64,000 nt of DNA from a virus: the IMG/VR virus record IMGVR_UViG_3300028920_000003; one strand, given 5' to 3'. Position numbers and translations under genes: made by a program. The notes below the pieces were generated by a model. It did no database searches. It saw only the letters and a program-made list of their open reading frames with translations, and was not told the DNA's origin. Below, one piece after another: positions 45,830-54,059 of the stretch; the stretch's first letter is position 1, and every line of letters starts with the position of its first letter.

Positions 45830-46399
45830 ATGAAAAGAAGAAAGCTATTCTTACTGATCATTGTGCTGTTTACTTTCTCTCAAATTTCTTATGCTCCTGA
45901 CTTATCCAATGAAAAAATTGATGAGTATAGAATACTTATGCAAATTCGATTGGATGAGAAAAGGAGACAAGAGGAACTTGAAAAATTCCTTGAGGCTGTA
46001 GCTTACTCAGAATCAAGAGGTAATCCTAAAGCATATAACCGTTTTGGTTATATAGGAAAGTATCAGTTTGGCTATCTCGCACGTAAATCTTGTGGATTTG
46101 GAAATATATCCTTTACAGATTTCATGCGTAACCCTTTGGTTTGGTCAGAGGTGGAACAAGACACCGCTATGATTCGTCTTCTGACCAAAAACGAGCAACA
46201 CTTACGAGAAATAATTCATCAGTACAACGGAATAACCATCCGTGGTGTTGAAATCACTAAAAGCGGTCTGCTTGCAGCAGCACATTTAGCTGGTGCAGGA
46301 GGAGTGATGAAATATTTTGAGTATGGATACAACCCGACTGATGCTTACGGCACGGGTCTGGAAGACTATCTTATCAGATTTTCTGGTTTTAACTTTTAA
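45830..46399 (+). CDS. secreted lytic transglycosylase-like protein
   Basis: 189 aa. N-terminal signal-like helix KLFLLIIVLFTFSQISYA. AYSESRGNPKAYN...GKYQFG resembles the SLT/goose-lysozyme catalytic E-S...YQ pattern. Confidence 0.6.
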   Translation: MKRRKLFLLIIVLFTFSQISYAPDLSNEKIDEYRILMQIRLDEKRRQEELEKFLEAVAYSESRGNPKAYNRFGYIGKYQFGYLARKSCGFGNISFTDFMRNPLVWSEVEQDTAMIRLLTKNEQHLREIIHQYNGITIRGVEITKSGLLAAAHLAGAGGVMKYFEYGYNPTDAYGTGLEDYLIRFSGFNF

Positions 46400-46402
46400 A
46401 AC

Positions 46403-47083
46403 ATGAGCGAAATTATTGCAGTAGTAGGACAAACCGGAACTGGTAAATCGACTTCCGTAGAAACTCTCGATCCTAAGGAAACGGTTATCATTGGTATCAT
46501 TGATAAACCGCTTCCTTTTCGAGGGTGGAAGCAGAATTACAAGACAGGAATCCAAGAAGGCGGTAATTTTCTAATCAGTCATGATTCAGCTCAGATTGTG
46601 AAGGTTCTCAAGTATATCAATGAGAACCGTCCTGAAATTAAGCAAATCGTAATAGATGATTTCCAGTACATTATGTCCACTGAGTTTATGAACAGGGCGA
46701 ATGAATCTGGTTGGCAGAAGTTTACAGATATTGCAAAGCATGTTTGGGACGTGATCAATGCAGCTAAGAGTCTAAGAGCAGACTTGAAAGTTGTGTTTCT
46801 GAGCCATGATGAGATCATTACCGAGAACTTCCAGCCAAAGAGAAAGATAAAGACAATCGGAAAATTGCTTGATGACAAAGTTACTCTCGAAGGATTATTT
46901 ACAGTTGTGCTTTTTACAGATGTTCAAAAAAATAAGGAAAAGAACGGATTAGAATATACCTTTATCACCCAAAATGATGGAACAACCACTGCGAAATCTC
47001 CAAAAGGGATGTTCGCTACCCTCCATGTCCCAAATGATCTTGCGAAAGTAGTTGAGACGATCAACGGGTACTATGAGGGGTAA
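46403..47083 (+). CDS. P-loop ATPase (Sak4/RecA-like recombination ATPase candidate)
   Basis: 226 aa. Walker A VGQTGTGKST and Walker B IVIDDFQ. Sits next to the SSB-like gene. Confidence 0.55.
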   Translation: MSEIIAVVGQTGTGKSTSVETLDPKETVIIGIIDKPLPFRGWKQNYKTGIQEGGNFLISHDSAQIVKVLKYINENRPEIKQIVIDDFQYIMSTEFMNRANESGWQKFTDIAKHVWDVINAAKSLRADLKVVFLSHDEIITENFQPKRKIKTIGKLLDDKVTLEGLFTVVLFTDVQKNKEKNGLEYTFITQNDGTTTAKSPKGMFATLHVPNDLAKVVETINGYYEG

Positions 47084-47119
47084 TCCTATTTTTCAACCGT
47101 ATAAAATTCACTAAAAATT

Positions 47120-47911
47120 ATGGCGTTTAATCCAAACAAATCAGACGAAAAGGTATTCAGAGAGATCAAACTCTATACAGGACTTCATAACATGAAGGTT
47201 GTAGCTATCAATCCAACAAAAGCACAGTTGGAGGAGATGGGCTATAAACCTCAAAACGATCCTGTCTACCTGACTGTCGAAGAGGAAGTGAAGAAACTGA
47301 GACTTGACTTCCATCTTCACGGTGAAAGCCCTGAAGGTGAGAAGATCATGACCAAGGTCGCTTTCTTCCTCGAAAATCAGTATAGGGTGAATAGGGAAGG
47401 AGATAAGTCCGAGTGGATCAATGATTTTGGTCGTACCGCTTGGTCTGCTCAGGGAGACCCTGAGAATCCACCAACAGGTCTTACATGGTTCAAACACGAG
47501 ACTGCTCGTAGAAGTCATGTAGGTGAAGCTGACTTACATTTGTTCCTTGTAAATTGGCTGAACATTGGACCGGATGATGAGGCAAAGATGGACAATTTTC
47601 TTGCTATCTTTGATGAAGACTATTCTGAACTTCATGGTCTTCTTGCAGGTAATGCAGATAACGAAGTTCGGGTTCTTCTTACTGTTCGTGACGGTAAGTA
47701 TCAGAGCGTCTACAATAAGTATTTTGATCGTGCTTCAAATAAGCGGACAAACTATTGGGAATCTCATGTAAGGAACCAAACCTCTAATGGTTATGCCATT
47801 AAAGAGGATTATCAAAACTCCTTCGCTTTCGCAGAGTGGAGTGAGCCTTCCACACGACCTGATACAGGTGGTGCTGAAGAAGAAGGAAAGAAAGGCGACG
47901 ACCCGTTTTAG
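47120..47911 (+). CDS. single-stranded DNA-binding protein candidate
   Basis: 263 aa. Acidic C-terminus ending GDDPF, like the D-D-(I)-P-F tip of bacterial and phage SSBs. Sits in the replication module. Confidence 0.5.
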   Translation: MAFNPNKSDEKVFREIKLYTGLHNMKVVAINPTKAQLEEMGYKPQNDPVYLTVEEEVKKLRLDFHLHGESPEGEKIMTKVAFFLENQYRVNREGDKSEWINDFGRTAWSAQGDPENPPTGLTWFKHETARRSHVGEADLHLFLVNWLNIGPDDEAKMDNFLAIFDEDYSELHGLLAGNADNEVRVLLTVRDGKYQSVYNKYFDRASNKRTNYWESHVRNQTSNGYAIKEDYQNSFAFAEWSEPSTRPDTGGAEEEGKKGDDPF

Positions 47912-47919
47912 TATTTAAT

Positions 47920-48966
47920 ATGGCATTTACACCGTCTGAAAAAAGACTTACGAAAGAAAACATTCTTAAACACGTTGACAGCTATCAGTTATTTCAGGCA
48001 TACTGTAAGAACTTTTCAGCAATTGACAGAATGTTTAAGAGTGAATTTCGTAAAGATACCAGACCGTCGTGCCATATTATAATGTGGGAAGGAGACTTAC
48101 TTTACAAGGATTTCGGTGAACCACAAGGATATAGAGTATTTGATTATATTGCGAGAAAGTTTAATACAGATTTTCAGGGCGCACTTAGCATCATAAATCA
48201 GGACTTCGGTCTTGGTTTAGGTTCTTCTGCTTCCATCGGAGTCAATGCTTCAATGGAGACACCTGAGAAGGTACACTTCGATGTGAAGCAGTTTGAACGT
48301 CAACCTACCATTATAGAGATTGAACCTCGAAGATGGACTAAGCTTGACAGAGAGTATTGGGCGCAATATGAAATCCCTCCTCTACTACTTAAATACCATA
48401 AGATTTATTCGATAGCAAGCTACAGAATTGATAGCAGGTTTAAGGACAATGCTTTTTACCGTGTCAATCCTTATCAACTTGCTTATTCGTTTGAATACTA
48501 CTGGCACAAAGGAGTATTTAGGAGAAAGCTTTACTTTCCTCAGACAAAAGGAAGATATCGCTTTATAACCAATGTCAATAACACCATCGTACAAGGATGG
48601 ACTCTACTTCCTAAGAACAAACAGGATATTCTGTTCATAACCAAGTCTTATAAGGACATTTTGACCTTTAACATGCTTGGTTATTGGGCTATAGCTCCAA
48701 ACAATGAGCATTCGTTTATTCCGGAACAGGTAATGGAAAAGCTGAAAAAAAGATTCAGTAACATTTATGTCTGGTTTGATAACGATGAAGGTGGAATAGA
48801 TGGCGCAAAAGGTTTTGCAGAGAAGTTCAATTTACCATTTACCCACAATCCTGTTGGTGAACCGAAAGACCCTTCTGATTTTGTAAAAGAGTACAGCTCA
48901 AAAGAGTTTGATAAACTTGTAACACAGTTCCTTAAGAATGAAGGACATACAAATTACTGTTCCTAA
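47920..48966 (+). CDS. DNA primase (Toprim domain)
   Basis: 348 aa. VWFDNDEGGIDGA matches the Toprim DxD acidic cluster. The upstream ITKSYKD occupies the position of the Toprim Glu motif. Confidence 0.55.
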   Translation: MAFTPSEKRLTKENILKHVDSYQLFQAYCKNFSAIDRMFKSEFRKDTRPSCHIIMWEGDLLYKDFGEPQGYRVFDYIARKFNTDFQGALSIINQDFGLGLGSSASIGVNASMETPEKVHFDVKQFERQPTIIEIEPRRWTKLDREYWAQYEIPPLLLKYHKIYSIASYRIDSRFKDNAFYRVNPYQLAYSFEYYWHKGVFRRKLYFPQTKGRYRFITNVNNTIVQGWTLLPKNKQDILFITKSYKDILTFNMLGYWAIAPNNEHSFIPEQVMEKLKKRFSNIYVWFDNDEGGIDGAKGFAEKFNLPFTHNPVGEPKDPSDFVKEYSSKEFDKLVTQFLKNEGHTNYCS

Positions 48967-49438
48967 CTTTGAGTACAGGTATGTCATAGCGAAGAAGTCA
49001 AGGAAATCCGGAAGGATGAGATACTGGACCATCAATGGTCAAGGATTGTACAATGCTACAATGCATTACAGGTTAAGATCAAAAATTACTGAGTACTATC
49101 ACAGATATTTATCTAAGTACATCAAACAGCAGATTACTGACAAGCAAATCAAAGAGCTGAACAATCACATTTTTGTTGGCTCCTCCCACAAGTTATCCGT
49201 TTCATTAGATATTTACGAAGTACGTAGAGGCAAAATGCCTGACGTGAGTAATCTATGGCTATGGACGAAATGGTTTGAGGATGCTTTACAAGAGTCTAAT
49301 ATCATTCCGGACGACAATCCGGATTATGTACAGGAAAGCGGACGAACTCGTTATCACTTCATTGATAACAAGGAGGATCGTAAACTCGTTTTCAACTTGA
49401 AGTTAATAGATGTTCAAAACAAAAACATTCAATCATGA
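48938..49438 (+). CDS. rusA: RusA-like Holliday junction resolvase
   Basis: 166 aa. PDVSNLWLWTKWFEDALQESNIIPDDNPDYV parallels E. coli RusA [26 protein letters not shown] (D..N....DAL......DD..V). Confidence 0.55.
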   Translation: MKDIQITVPNFEYRYVIAKKSRKSGRMRYWTINGQGLYNATMHYRLRSKITEYYHRYLSKYIKQQITDKQIKELNNHIFVGSSHKLSVSLDIYEVRRGKMPDVSNLWLWTKWFEDALQESNIIPDDNPDYVQESGRTRYHFIDNKEDRKLVFNLKLIDVQNKNIQS

Positions 49439-50154
49439 GAGAAGTCGTAATAAAACTAACCTCGCAGAAGGATTTGATCAAGCATCAGTCCGATGCAAGA
49501 ACCTTTGGTGAACTCAAAAAAGAGATGCGCCAAGTCAAATGGTCCGGAATGAGGGTGGTGGAACGATCCACTAAAGCAACCCTTCAGATGGACGATGCAG
49601 TCCTTCCGCAAGGAGACTTTGTTCTGTTTCTTGTCCCTGAAAAGGTCAAGAGTGGACGTAAAACCGATGGTGGTGTCGAGAAGCTGGACGACATCAATGC
49701 AGCCAACTACAATGAACTGAGGAGTCACATGAGCTGGCTGAACAGGAACAAAGGTTGCAGCCTGAATATGCAGGGTGGTACTGAAGACCTTCGGAGAAGG
49801 TTGAAGGACTACTATCGTAGGCAGAAAAGCAAGCCTGCTACAAAAGCTGCTCCCAAACCAGCAGCCAAGAAAGCTGCTCCTGCAAAGAAAGCTGCTGTTC
49901 CTGAGAAAAAGAAGAAGAAAGGTCTCTTCGGAAAGAAGAAGGCTGATCCGAAACCTGTTGATCCTATCGAAATTATCGAAGGTGCAAGGGAGAGAATCAA
50001 CAAGGCTGTTGATGAAATCGTCCTGAATGCAATCAGCTCAGGTCAAGGTGTTCCGTCAATTCTGGAATACACTGCCGAAGAACTTGAGAAAGAGGCAAAG
50101 GAAATCCATCGGAAGCTTCGGACCAGCAGGAGTCAGGCAACGTATATCGACTGA
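49435..50154 (+). CDS. protein with N-terminal ubiquitin-like (beta-grasp-pattern) domain and Lys/Ala/Pro-rich histone-H1-like region
   Basis: 239 aa. Residues 1-70 show the hydrophobic pattern beta-beta-alpha-beta...beta (EVVIKLT / LIKHQS / TFGELKKEMRQ / MRVVER / DFVLFLVP). Gly-Gly sits at residues 79-80. KPATKAAPKPAAKKAAPAKKAAVPEKKKKKG follows. The fold assignment is inference only. Confidence 0.35.
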   Translation: MREVVIKLTSQKDLIKHQSDARTFGELKKEMRQVKWSGMRVVERSTKATLQMDDAVLPQGDFVLFLVPEKVKSGRKTDGGVEKLDDINAANYNELRSHMSWLNRNKGCSLNMQGGTEDLRRRLKDYYRRQKSKPATKAAPKPAAKKAAPAKKAAVPEKKKKKGLFGKKKADPKPVDPIEIIEGARERINKAVDEIVLNAISSGQGVPSILEYTAEELEKEAKEIHRKLRTSRSQATYID

Positions 50155-50178
50155 TACAATTTCTGTTCTAAATGTGGG

Positions 50179-50218
50179 AAGAAGGTGTAGAAGAGAAATC
50201 TTTTACACCTTCTTTTTT
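50179..50218 (+). terminator. rho-independent terminator
   Basis: GAAGGTGTA-14 nt-TACACCTTC followed by TTTTTT. It lies inside the N-terminal extension of the ORF-track call 50172-52235. Confidence 0.75.
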
Positions 50219-50231
50219 AAAATTGATAAAT

Positions 50232-52235
50232 ATGGAAGAGACTGAAAGAGAAGAATTCATGCGTCAGACTTCGGAGTCTATCAATGAGGCAGAAGCAGAA
50301 GCAGAAGCAGATGAAACCCAAAATACTTATGAGCCTCTTACTGTAGAAGCTCTGAGAGAAATCGTTAATGATTTAAGAAGTAATAATCCAACTCCAAATG
50401 ACGTTGTGACACATTATGAAACCACAGGAAACTTGGTTGTCGATACTGATAGTACAACAGGTATAACATACACGACAAGCAATAATTCCACAACCGGAAC
50501 AACGTATGTTTCTGTTCCTCCTACCACTGATCAAGTTACAGTGAATGTTGAGGGAACTCAAGTTCCACCAGCAGAACCTATACCTATTCCTGAAGAAAGA
50601 CGTAAGAAGATCAGAGAAGACAGGCTTAGAATGAAGTTGCATTTACAGAATGAGAGTCTTGAGTATAAGAGAAGCGTTTTTGCTAAAGAAATGGTCATTA
50701 CCAAAAATGATCTGATCATTTTAGCCGATCCCAATGCAGGTGAACACTGTTATAATTTCTTCCATTTTGATGTAGAAGGTGAGCATAAAGTAAAAGACTG
50801 TTTCTTACGATATCATAGTTATACTAGGCGAAGGAGAAGCGGAGACGAAAGTGTCTTTGTAGAAAATGCATTTGTTTTTGATAAAAACATGAAACGTCTT
50901 GTAGTTAACAGAGATGGGATAAGGAACAAAATATCAGGACAAGAGAAGATCAGGACTCGTAGAGATATGACAAGAATCTGGAATTATCAGATCAGTTATG
51001 CGTACAAGGAAAGAAAAAGAGATGTTGACTCAGACAGTTTTATCATAATTGATAAAGAAGAATTCATAAATTCCAGAGGTAGAAAATGGAAGCTTAAACG
51101 AAGGGAAAACTTAAGCTATTCTAATATCAAACTTGTCAGGCAGAAGTTCATCGAAAGGTTTATTGAGGTAGAACAGTTTGTGAAGAGACTTAATGAAATT
51201 GTCTCTAAAGCACTTCCTCCTGATGAGTTTGATATTTTCTATGTCTTTGGAAGGCCGAGTAACGATATTTTCAGCAGACTTACTAGTACCTATTGTTTGT
51301 TAATGAAATTCTCTAATGTCACTATCACAAATTCTATTGAAATGAAACATGAGATAGAAGAATTGATGGTAACTACTCAGGGTAATCATTATCAGGGAAT
51401 GGTACATAAAATGATTGGAGGTCTCAGTGGAATGAGAATGGCTTTTACTCCTGAAGATGCTCGTGCAAACTATCGACACTCTCATTTAACAAGCGGTCTT
51501 TCTAACTTCACAAGCTTCTGTACAGGAGGTGTGTCGTATAGTAGTATGGACAGAGAAGAACTAAATGAATTTGAAGTTCATGAGATAATCTTCAGAATCT
51601 ACAATTTTATACAATGGGAATCACTGGAAGGTGGTCCTCATTATAAAATGGAGAATATCAAAAATTTCGGAAGTCGTGTTACAATTGAGAAGAATATTAT
51701 AGGAAAAGATAGATATGTACCAGAAGAATATCTCACAGAATTGATTGGACATATCAACGCTACTCCCTTAAAATTCGCCTATTTTTCTGAATGCTTTTCT
51801 CTTACTAATCAAGGTGGAGTATTAAGGTTTGTTGTTGACTATGATAAGTTCTACGATAAATTCATAGAGCTTTTTGACAACAATACTATAAGAGATATAG
51901 GAAGAAGATACAGTTTGCCTTTGTACACTCGTAAGATGGAACTGAAAGAGTTTTATTCAGTCGGAAGTGAAACAGAACTCATACCTAGTTTAATTCTTGC
52001 AGATGCACAGGAGAAGCTAAAAAATCTTGTTCCTGTCTATTTGAACGGTAAATACGTCCGTCCTAGACTGACTAATTTCAATCCGACTTCTGCAATAGAA
52101 GGTATGAGATTTTGTCCTGAACCGAATATCATGAGAGAGATAGCACAGTACATATTATTCAAATTAACAGATAAACTTGAAGAACATGGGAACACCAGCG
52201 AAAGTAGAGAAGAGAGCCGAGTATCCGCTATATGA
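50232..52235 (+). CDS. large hypothetical protein, first gene of the JAB/E1 cassette
   Basis: Start moved to ATG 50232 (MEETEREEF...), downstream of the terminator. 667 aa with an acidic and Thr-rich N-terminus. No motif recognised. Confidence 0.5.
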   Translation: MEETEREEFMRQTSESINEAEAEAEADETQNTYEPLTVEALREIVNDLRSNNPTPNDVVTHYETTGNLVVDTDSTTGITYTTSNNSTTGTTYVSVPPTTDQVTVNVEGTQVPPAEPIPIPEERRKKIREDRLRMKLHLQNESLEYKRSVFAKEMVITKNDLIILADPNAGEHCYNFFHFDVEGEHKVKDCFLRYHSYTRRRRSGDESVFVENAFVFDKNMKRLVVNRDGIRNKISGQEKIRTRRDMTRIWNYQISYAYKERKRDVDSDSFIIIDKEEFINSRGRKWKLKRRENLSYSNIKLVRQKFIERFIEVEQFVKRLNEIVSKALPPDEFDIFYVFGRPSNDIFSRLTSTYCLLMKFSNVTITNSIEMKHEIEELMVTTQGNHYQGMVHKMIGGLSGMRMAFTPEDARANYRHSHLTSGLSNFTSFCTGGVSYSSMDREELNEFEVHEIIFRIYNFIQWESLEGGPHYKMENIKNFGSRVTIEKNIIGKDRYVPEEYLTELIGHINATPLKFAYFSECFSLTNQGGVLRFVVDYDKFYDKFIELFDNNTIRDIGRRYSLPLYTRKMELKEFYSVGSETELIPSLILADAQEKLKNLVPVYLNGKYVRPRLTNFNPTSAIEGMRFCPEPNIMREIAQYILFKLTDKLEEHGNTSESREESRVSAI

Positions 52236-52236
52236 A

Positions 52237-53373
52237 ATGGAGGAGAAAGGTAGTCTGATTCTACCACCTCATATCATATCGCAGATTACATTCCTTCATG
52301 CCCGATGTGGCAACACTGAATGGTCCGGAATGCTGCTTTATGATGTATTAAAGGGTAATCCTTCCAAACCCGAAGATTTCAAATTGGAAGCAAAACACAT
52401 CTTTCTAATGGACATTGGCACAGCAGGATCAACTAGTTATGAGACTGATGGTGATATTGTCGATCTGTTTGATGAGATTCCGGAAGCTATGGAAATGAAA
52501 TTAGGTCATATTCATACGCATCACAGTGGTAAAGCATATTTCTCAGGAGTTGATATGTCAGAACTTCAGGACAATGTAGATAAACATAACTACTACCTGT
52601 CTCTGGTTGTCAGTTTCGATGGAAATTATGCTGCTAAAGTAGTTTTCTTAAGTGATATGCATATCACATCCAAGATGAATTTCATCGACGATGCTGGTCA
52701 AACCAAGCATTTCAAGAAAGCTACTATGGAAAAACACATGGTCGTGATTAACATGAAGATCATGTATTCTGAGATGGGAGGATTTTTCTCTACTCGTCTG
52801 GATACTATTGTCAAGAAAGCTGACGCTGAGAAGAAGAAAGCTCAAGCTTGGAAGTATCCGGGATATCAGGGAGGATATAACCAACATCATACCAGTTGGA
52901 ACTCAGAAAAACAGCGTCATCTTCCTGCTCATCGTCCTATCAACAGCAAAATCATTCCTGATAAGATGACAAGCTGGGAAATCGAAGGTCTGACAAAGAA
53001 CATTCTGATGTTTGATACTGATCTGAAAACAGAAAGCAATGTATATAAGATTCTTCATGATATCGCTAACCAGATGAGTGATGATGAAACTGCTTCAGAC
53101 CTGTATTATGATTATCTTCTGAATCATATCGAGAAAGTGATTGATTCCTATTTCGATCAGCAACTGGAACCTGATGAGTATATCACCGTAATAAAAGAGG
53201 TGATAATGTGTATCAAAAAGTATGAGGGACTTCCTATACTTGCTGATGTAGTCAGGAATCTTGAAGAGACTTTCGATCATTTCATACTCGGATACGACAG
53301 TTCTGATGATGATAACGATGATGAGAAGAGTATTGCAGATCAACTTGAAAAGATGGAAAGGGAAATGAGATGA
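52237..53373 (+). CDS. JAB/MPN (JAMM) metalloprotease-domain protein
   Basis: Start placed at ATG 52237, 1 nt after the upstream stop (the ORF track starts at 52177). Exact JAMM motif H-T-H-HSGKAYF-S-GV-D (HxHx7SxxD, nt 52513-52554) with an upstream Glu in NTEWSG. The C-terminal ~230 aa are unassigned. Confidence 0.75.
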   Translation: MEEKGSLILPPHIISQITFLHARCGNTEWSGMLLYDVLKGNPSKPEDFKLEAKHIFLMDIGTAGSTSYETDGDIVDLFDEIPEAMEMKLGHIHTHHSGKAYFSGVDMSELQDNVDKHNYYLSLVVSFDGNYAAKVVFLSDMHITSKMNFIDDAGQTKHFKKATMEKHMVVINMKIMYSEMGGFFSTRLDTIVKKADAEKKKAQAWKYPGYQGGYNQHHTSWNSEKQRHLPAHRPINSKIIPDKMTSWEIEGLTKNILMFDTDLKTESNVYKILHDIANQMSDDETASDLYYDYLLNHIEKVIDSYFDQQLEPDEYITVIKEVIMCIKKYEGLPILADVVRNLEETFDHFILGYDSSDDDNDDEKSIADQLEKMEREMR

Positions 53374-54059
53374 TAGATGTGAAAAAATCAAGATTCCGTG
53401 ATGCTTCATGGTTTGAGAAGATGGATAAGTTCGTCATTCCTATCATTATCGGAGGTGCAGGTGGAATTGGTAGCTGGCTGACTTTATTTCTGTCAAGAAT
53501 GCTACCACCGTCCTCATACATCATACTATATGACTTCGATAAAGTTGAAGAAGTAAATATGGCTGGACAACTTTTCAGAATCGAAGATATTGGAAAGCTC
53601 AAAGTTACTGCTATGAGAGATATAGTAAAGGACTTTGCTGGATATGAGAGAATTACTATGATGCCTGACAGGTATGACAGTGAATCTCTCAAAAGTCCTG
53701 TCATGTTTTCATGCTTTGATAATATGGAAGCAAGAAAGGTGATGTTTGAGAACTGGTTAACAGAAGCTGAGAAATATCCTGATTCTATCTTTATTGATGG
53801 TAGGTTAAATGCAGAGCAGTTTCAGGTGTTTTATATAACTCTTGAGTGGGCGAAAGCCTATCAGGATAAACACCTGTTCAGTGATTCTGAAGTAGAAGAT
53901 ACAAATTGCTCCTACAAGCAGACTACTCACTTTGCAGCAGCTATCGCAGCAAAGATGGTTCAGGGTTTTACCGGATTTCTGGATGATACCTATGAACTTC
54001 CCTTCAAGTATGAAGAGATAGGTCCGTTGTTCTTTAATGAAATTGAGACTTATGGATGA
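53370..54059 (+). CDS. E1-like adenylyltransferase (ThiF/MoeB/Uba family), minimal 229-aa form
   Basis: IIIGGAGGIGSWL (Rossmann GxGxxG), LYDFDKVEEVNMAGQ (DxDxVxxxNxxxQ) and CFDNMEARKV (DN..R). Its ATG overlaps the JAB stop (ATGA). Confidence 0.8.
   Translation: MIDVKKSRFRDASWFEKMDKFVIPIIIGGAGGIGSWLTLFLSRMLPPSSYIILYDFDKVEEVNMAGQLFRIEDIGKLKVTAMRDIVKDFAGYERITMMPDRYDSESLKSPVMFSCFDNMEARKVMFENWLTEAEKYPDSIFIDGRLNAEQFQVFYITLEWAKAYQDKHLFSDSEVEDTNCSYKQTTHFAAAIAAKMVQGFTGFLDDTYELPFKYEEIGPLFFNEIETYG

Noticed and set aside
49812-50003. 63-aa minus-strand ORF rich in Phe/Ala/Gly
   Set aside because: It is the mirror image of the Lys/Ala/Pro-rich coding repeat of ORF 49435-50154 and has no independent support.
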